A stretch of DNA of 64,000 nucleotides from assembly GCA_038321985.1 (NCBI GenBank), contig JBBQFN010000025.1:11140-75139 (forward strand). Direction: 5' to 3'. Numbering within the stretch: position 1 is the first letter of the stretch; each line of letters starts with the position of its first letter. This stretch comes from Cyanophyceae cyanobacterium (GTDB lineage: Bacteria; Cyanobacteriota; Cyanobacteriia; Cyanobacteriales; Laspinemataceae). Shown here piece after piece: positions 58,633 to 64,000 of the stretch. Under the pieces are notes generated by a model, which ran no database searches, was not told where the DNA came from, and saw only the letters and a list, made by a program, of their open reading frames with translations. A program made the position numbers and the translations under genes.

Positions 58633-59311
58633 AAGGTTTAACGGGTGGATGTTAGAGCTTAAATTGTGCCTCGCCAGGGAATTAGAGGGGATAGGGTAAC
58701 TGAACTATTGCCCTGGGTCAGGGCAGAAAATAGGACCTGATGACTTATCCTACCGCGATCGCCGTCATTCCTGAAGCGAACGGGCCGAAGTCCCCAGGCA
58801 GCCGGTGCCGTTACAGATGTTCGCACTTTGCCTCTGCCGATGGAGGTGGGGTGACACCCTCACAAACCGCCCAATTATAATTTATTTTAAAGTTATTGAA
58901 AAAGCTGTGTTTTTGTCCGGCTACTTTTTTAAAAACCCTTATAATAGCATTACCTTTTTTTGCAAGAAGCCCCGGGAAAAAAGAGTGGGACCGGAGGGAA
59001 ACCCGGGCAATAAACTAGGCGGGGCAGTTGGAAGAAAGGGCAGAAGGTTTATACCTTTTAGATGTTGGTGTAGGCAGGGGCTAAAAATTCGATATTATAA
59101 ATTACTTCACTCTGAAATTTCAGGAAATCGGAACCCCATTGAGCTGTAGAATAAACCGAAATTCCCTTTTCCCTAAAAGGGATATTCCGGGTCACCCTAA
59201 TTAATCGGTATTTTCTTCCCGGGTAATTGCCGAAAGATGTAGAACTTTAGGTTAAGATCCGGATGCGTCTGGAAACCGATGCCCCTAAACGCTAACTCTA
59301 TCTAATTACTC

Positions 59312-60316
59312 ATGCCATCGATCTCCATCTTCGACTCCATCGATTCGCAAACACACAACCGGCTTTCAATAGAGGGCGATCTCCTGGGACAAACGACCCC
59401 GGGAATGCTCACTCTGATGGAACTGGCGGCCCAAATTAATCGCGAACACGAACGCTGTCAACAGTCCGTGGCGATGGGGTTACTGCACGCTTGCAATGCT
59501 GGACAATTTCTGATCCAGGCCAAACATCGGCTGCCGTCGCAAAAATGGGCTGTCTGGTTGGCATCTCATTGCAGGGTTCCGGAAGCAACCGCGCAAACTT
59601 ATATGCAAATTGCTTGGGGTTGGCCCTCAGTAAAGGATTCCGATGCGATCGCCCGAGGTCGGGTAACCGAGGATTTAGGCCATGGACTGAATGAACTGGA
59701 GGTATCAGAAGAACCCCTGGAAGCCAAATTTTCGCCAACCGGGACCGACTTGATGCAAGAATTGTTAGAACCTCCCCTCGTGGTGAAAGCTCAACTGGTG
59801 TCCGATGCAGCACAGCGGCTTACTTTTTTGTCCCTACAACGACCCAAACACGATCCGCGATCGCGGATTTTGCGAACCGAACCCCGAAAAGCAAAACCCA
59901 GCGAAGCGCAGAAAAAGACGAAACCCGATTCCCTGACTACACCGGGAACCTTAATTTTCTGGATTCCAGGATCGGTTACCCCAAAAGCCCGTCCTCGGGT
60001 AACCTCAAACGGAACATTTTTACCGAAACGGTATCGAGAATGGAGACTCCGTGCGGAAGGGGAAATCATCATGCAAGTGCACCAAATGAGCCCCTTACCT
60101 CAGTTACCGATTGAACGCGCAGCCCTGCGGATTATTTTACGCGGTAAACATCGCGGGGATGGGGACAATGCGATCGGTAGCGTGTGCGATGCCTTAGTCG
60201 GTGCCGGAATATTTTCTGATGACAGCCTCAAACAGATTCCCTTCGGCAGTTGGCGGCACATACCCGATGGAGAAACCGGCGTAAAAATTCAAATTGAGCC
60301 AGTGGATTCGTTGTGA
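59312..60316 (+). CDS. DUF3102-like N-domain fused to RusA-family Holliday junction resolvase
   Basis: N-domain: AGQFLIQAKHRLP..KW..WL..HC....TAQTYMQIA. C-domain: IPG...PKARPRV...Y.EWR...GDGDNAIGSVCDALV.AGIFSDDS (RusA DxDN...D...DD). Confidence 0.75.
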   Translation: MPSISIFDSIDSQTHNRLSIEGDLLGQTTPGMLTLMELAAQINREHERCQQSVAMGLLHACNAGQFLIQAKHRLPSQKWAVWLASHCRVPEATAQTYMQIAWGWPSVKDSDAIARGRVTEDLGHGLNELEVSEEPLEAKFSPTGTDLMQELLEPPLVVKAQLVSDAAQRLTFLSLQRPKHDPRSRILRTEPRKAKPSEAQKKTKPDSLTTPGTLIFWIPGSVTPKARPRVTSNGTFLPKRYREWRLRAEGEIIMQVHQMSPLPQLPIERAALRIILRGKHRGDGDNAIGSVCDALVGAGIFSDDSLKQIPFGSWRHIPDGETGVKIQIEPVDSL

Positions 60317-60847
60317 TAGATTCTCGGTAAAGGGCGATCGCTCCTTGATAACTTGGGTTTGTTTGTATAGTATAACTTAGGCTCTTATATAATTTCATTA
60401 AAAATATTTTCTAGACTTACACAAAGAGTATAAATAGTTTTATTTTATATAAATTTTTTATGTGAGAGGTGGTTGTTGCCCGATCGCCAAAGCGGACGAA
60501 TGAAAGTTGCGATCGCCCTTTATATGCAACCCCACCCACAGAATTTTTTATCAACCCCAACGTAACGGAACCCGGCGTTTGAGTCCTTCTGATGGGGGGA
60601 ATTCGGGCTGTACTGCCCTTGTCTTTATCCTGTAGCGATGGATTGAAGGGGTTAAAAAGCCAGAAAGCCTGGGGCTGAAAAACTTAACAAAACATCAAGA
60701 AGGCCGTAACCCCAGTTCAGGTATAGTAAAAAATGACTTAACCCACCGAAGTATTGTAAGCCCCTGAACTCATCGGCGCATTGGGCGATCGCCCCCACCC
60801 CGTTTTAGAAAATTCCATATTGTCCACCTAGAGAATCCTATCCCTGA

Positions 60848-62443
60848 ATGCCCCAGTCCAAGAACAGTAAAACTAAATCTACCGCCGTGCAGAATGGAAA
60901 CGGGGCCAATCTTGGTTTCGAGCAGATCTTGTGGGCTGCTGCGGATAAAATGCGCGGCCACATGGACTCGGCGGAATACAAGCACGTCACCTTGGGGCTG
61001 ATTTTCCTCAAGTACATTTCTGATGCCTTCCAAGAACGCTAAGATGACCTCGCAGCAAGGCAAGAAACAGACTACACCGACCCGGAAGACCGCGATGAGT
61101 ATCTTGGGGAAAATATATTTTGGGTGCCACAGGAGGCGCGGTGGTCAGCAATTCAGGCCAACGCGAAGCAGCCCGATATCGGTAAGCGGATTGATGAAGC
61201 GATGCTGGCGATCGAGAAAGAAAACTCTCGACTTAAAGGGGTTTTACCCAACAACTACAATCGCCCCGACCTGGATAAACAACGCTTGGGGGAACTCATC
61301 GACCTGATTGGTACCATCGGATTAGGCGATGCTGAGAACCGTTCTAAGGATATTTTAGGACGAGTTTATGAGTATTTTTTAGGACAGTTTGCTGAGAAGG
61401 AAGGGAAAGGCGGCGGCGAGTTCTACACGCCGCAGTCAGTGGTTAAGCTGTTAGTCGAAATGATTCAACCCTATAAGGGCCGGGTGTACGACCCCTGCTG
61501 TGGTTCCGGTGGAATGTTTGTGCAGTCCGAAAAATTTGTGGAAGCGCACGGCGGACGCCAAGGCGATATTTCCATTTACGGACAAGAATCAAACCCGACA
61601 ACGCGCAGACTGTGTTTGATGAATCTTGCCCTTCGCGGGATAGATGGCAATATCGCGGACAGGCAAGCCGATAGTTTTATCAACGATTTGTATAAAGATT
61701 TGAAGGCTGATTACATCCTGGCAAATCCTCCGTTTAATATCAGCGATTGGTGGAATGAGAAACTGGCAGAAGATGTGCGCTGGCAGTACGGGACGCCACC
61801 AAAGGGCAATGCTAACTATGCTTGGATTCAACATATTATCCATCACCTCGCACCCCACGGGATTGCTGGGTTCGTGTTGTCAAATGGTTCGATGAGTTCC
61901 AACCAGTCCGGAGAAGGGGATATCCGCAAAGCCTTAATCGCTTCCGACTTGGTGGACTGCATAATTGCCTTACCGGGGCAGTTGTTCTACACTACCCAAA
62001 TTCCCGCCTGTCTGTGGTTTGTGGCGCGGGATAAGTCGGGTAAACCCACTGCCGGACATAAACCCTGTCGCAACCGCAAGGGCGAGACTTTGTTTATTGA
62101 TGCCCGGAAGTTGGGGGTGTTGATTGACCGAACTCAGCGGGAATTGACCGATGAGGAATTAGCGCGGATTGCCGGAACCTATCAGGCATGGCGTGGGGAA
62201 CCAGGGGCGGATGAGTATGAGGACGTGCCGGGATTTTGCAAGAGTGCCACCCTGGAAGAAATCGTCTCCCATGGTTATGTGCTGACCCCAGGGCGCTATG
62301 TGGGGGCGGAGGAACTGGAAGAGGAGGATGAGCCGTTTGAAGAGAAAATGGAACGGTTGACCAAGAAGTTGTACGCACAGTTTGGGGAAAGTGCCAAACT
62401 AGAAGCAGAGATTCGGGAAAATTTGAGGAGGTTGGGGCTATGA
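60848..62443 (+). pseudogene. hsdM: Type I restriction-modification methyltransferase with one in-frame TAA at 61040-61042
   Basis: [28 protein letters not shown] in the first ORF continues in frame after TAA ([32 protein letters not shown]). It then runs into [23 protein letters not shown] and LTPGRYVG. Confidence 0.9.
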
Positions 62444-62507
62444 CGATCGCCGAGGGCAGATCCTCACCATTGCCGAAAAGCACGGAGCCTATAATGTGCG
62501 GGTGTGA
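62440..62507 (+). pseudogene. Remnant of minimal nucleotidyltransferase (MNT) antitoxin gene
   Basis: ATG overlaps the hsdM stop (MTIAE). A shifted frame then reads RGQILTIAEKHGAYNVRV*, matching the MNT N-terminus up to the missing FGS motif. Confidence 0.65.
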
Positions 62508-62554
62508 TGTATAGGTATTTATACAGTAGAAAAAGTGTCTTGGAGCCAGTCATT

Positions 62555-62791
62555 ATGGATAATTCCCTTTTAGAACAAATCACCATCAATCCAGAAATCT
62601 GTCATGGCAAACCCTGTATCCGAGGGTTGCGCTATCCGGTGGAATTTTTGCTAGAATTGCTTAGTTCCGGGATGACTTATGGGGAGATTTTGGCAGATTA
62701 TGAAGACCTGGAAGAAGCCGATATTTTATCCGCTTTGCTATTTGCGGCTCGTTTAAGTCAAGTTAAACGGGTTTATAGCCTCGTTTCATGA
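62555..62791 (+). CDS. DUF433 family antitoxin
   Basis: ITINPEICHGKPCIRGLRYPV..LLELL.SGM...EIL.DY.DL...DI..AL.FA; ATG at 62555. Confidence 0.92.
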   Translation: MDNSLLEQITINPEICHGKPCIRGLRYPVEFLLELLSSGMTYGEILADYEDLEEADILSALLFAARLSQVKRVYSLVS

Positions 62792-63141
62792 AATTTTTAA
62801 TCGATGCTCAACTGCCTCGGCGGCTGGCTCGGTTTCTTCAAAATGCGGGTTATGATGCCATTCACACCAGGGATTTACCCCAAGAAAATGCTACCCCGGA
62901 CTCCGATCTGAATGCTTTGTCAATGCAAGATCAGAGAGTTTTGATTACGAAAGATGCGGATTTTGTTGAATCATTCTTGCTCAAAAACGAGCCTTACAAA
63001 TTATTGTTGATTTCTACGGGCAATATTAAAATTTTTGACATAAAAAATTTATTCCAACAAAATTTAGGGCAGATTGTGGATCTTTTGGAAAAGCACCGCT
63101 ATATGGAACTCAGCCGGGATGCAATCATTATTCATCAATAA
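62788..63141 (+). CDS. DUF5615 family PIN-like toxin
   Basis: MKFLIDAQLP..LA..L...GYDAIH...D......RVLITKDADF; ATGA overlap with the DUF433 gene. Confidence 0.9.
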   Translation: MKFLIDAQLPRRLARFLQNAGYDAIHTRDLPQENATPDSDLNALSMQDQRVLITKDADFVESFLLKNEPYKLLLISTGNIKIFDIKNLFQQNLGQIVDLLEKHRYMELSRDAIIIHQ

Positions 63142-63323
63142 TAACAGAAATGCAGTGTTCCTGAACGGGAACGAGTGCAGGTCTACCGTCACTTTGCCAA
63201 TTGCTAGCGGTTATAGAGAAGATTGATAAAAATTTTATAGAATTGAAGGCAATACTATAGCAGTTTTTGGTCTCGTGAAATCCGGACGATCCCCCTAAAT
63301 CCCCCTTCAAAAGGGAGATTTTT

Positions 63324-63541
63324 ACCCCAAAACCGAACCTCAATAGCTTAAGAAACGCTATAGATAAAACCGGCTTTGAATGTATCCGAACTCGATGGAG
63401 TCATGAGTGAGGAATTTATCAGAATTGCCTATTATCTTAGCCGGAAAAGATAGTAAAGATGCTAAACCCTATTTATAAAAGTTAGTCAAGGATGCTTTGC
63501 AACAGTTAGAAAATAAGGAACAGGACGATGAGTCCACTTAA
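63324..63541 (+). pseudogene. hicA: HicA-like toxin pseudogene
   Basis: First frame LRNAIDKTGFECIRTRWSHE* (GSH reads WSH; stop 63408-63410). Shifted frame LPIILAGKDSKDAKPYL*KLVKDALQQLE (stop 63476-63478) overlaps the hicB start. Confidence 0.65.
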
Positions 63542-63752
63542 GTATCGGGTTAATATTATTTGGTCTGAAGTGGATGGATCTTATCTTGTGGAATTGCCAG
63601 AATTTGTCACGGAAATTCAGCGATATTTTACTGATGGGGATACCTACGAGGAAGCCCTTAAAAATGCTCAAGAGGTGCTGGAATTGCTAATAGAAAGTTA
63701 TCAAGCCGAGAATAGACCTTTACCTCAACCGCAAATTTTACAGGCAGTATGA
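63528..63752 (+). CDS. hicB: HicB family antitoxin
   Basis: KYRVNIIWSEVDGSYLVELPEF...TDGDTYEEALKNAQEVLELLIE....RPLPQP. Confidence 0.9.
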   Translation: MSPLKYRVNIIWSEVDGSYLVELPEFVTEIQRYFTDGDTYEEALKNAQEVLELLIESYQAENRPLPQPQILQAV

Positions 63753-63861
63753 GAAAATGATACAGCGATCAACGGCAAAGTTAGACGAGCAGTTTACAGA
63801 GTGGACACGGTTAGAGAAGGTGATTCGCGAGAATTTACGGGGGTTAGGGTATGATTTTTAA
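63751..63861 (+). pseudogene. Second, diverged copy of the hsdM 3' end
   Basis: EKMIQRSTAKLDEQFTEWTRLEKVIRENLRGLGYDF* versus the hsdM end [33 protein letters not shown] (62342-62443). Confidence 0.8.
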
Positions 63862-63949
63862 TTGGCTCTTCAGACTTTTTGGTGATAAGTTTTTCTAATT
63901 AGTTACTGAGCGTTTAAATGTTTTTGAGTGGCTACCTCTCTAATTTATA

Positions 63950-64000
63950 ATGACTATGATGAAAAAGCTGCTAAAAGACGTAACCGAAAGTTGTCAAAAT
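63950..64000 (+). CDS. Start of an ORF running off the window, possibly hsdS
   Basis: MTMMKKLLKDVTESCQN, open to the window edge. The call rests mainly on position after an hsdM tail. Confidence 0.25.
   Translation, partial: MTMMKKLLKDVTESCQN

Noticed and set aside
58735..58800. Hammerhead ribozyme suggested by CTGATGA
   Set aside because: No properly placed GAAA core or flanking stems could be built.
61023..61307. Separate gene or programmed frameshift within hsdM
   Set aside because: The HsdM sequence continues in the original frame across the TAA, so this alternative-frame ORF is spurious.

Overview
Chromosomal window from a cyanobacterium: HIP1 (GCGATCGC) is abundant, RNA polymerase beta' is split into rpoC1/rpoC2, and heptamer and REP-like intergenic repeats suggest a filamentous Oscillatoriales-type genome. 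Bases 1-27 kb are mostly housekeeping: prfC, an MBOAT acyltransferase, a Zn metalloprotease, hslO, a universal stress protein, hisD, rpsT, tatD and rpoB-rpoC1-rpoC2. An IS5 remnant and a CcbP-like gene follow. The main feature is a ~25 kb minus-strand locus (about 28.6-53.9 kb) built around a contractile injection system (CIS): gp19-like tube, tube initiator, VgrG-like spike, atypical PAAR, gp25, baseplate J, wedge and a fibre-like DUF4159 protein. No sheath, cap or AAA+ ATPase gene is present in the window. The structural genes are interleaved with membrane and signalling genes: two single-pass proteins with N-terminal Ig-like repeats, a dCache-HAMP-cNMP sensor with no output domain, and a pseudokinase fused to a PstS-like binding domain. 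A candidate cargo protein lies upstream. This suggests, by inference only, a membrane-tethered and possibly signal-gated CIS. The right end holds a DUF3102-RusA fusion and a type I hsdM with one in-frame stop. A cluster of intact and decayed toxin-antitoxin genes follows, bracketed by a second diverged copy of the hsdM 3' end. All family assignments come from motif recognition by eye; no database searches were run.
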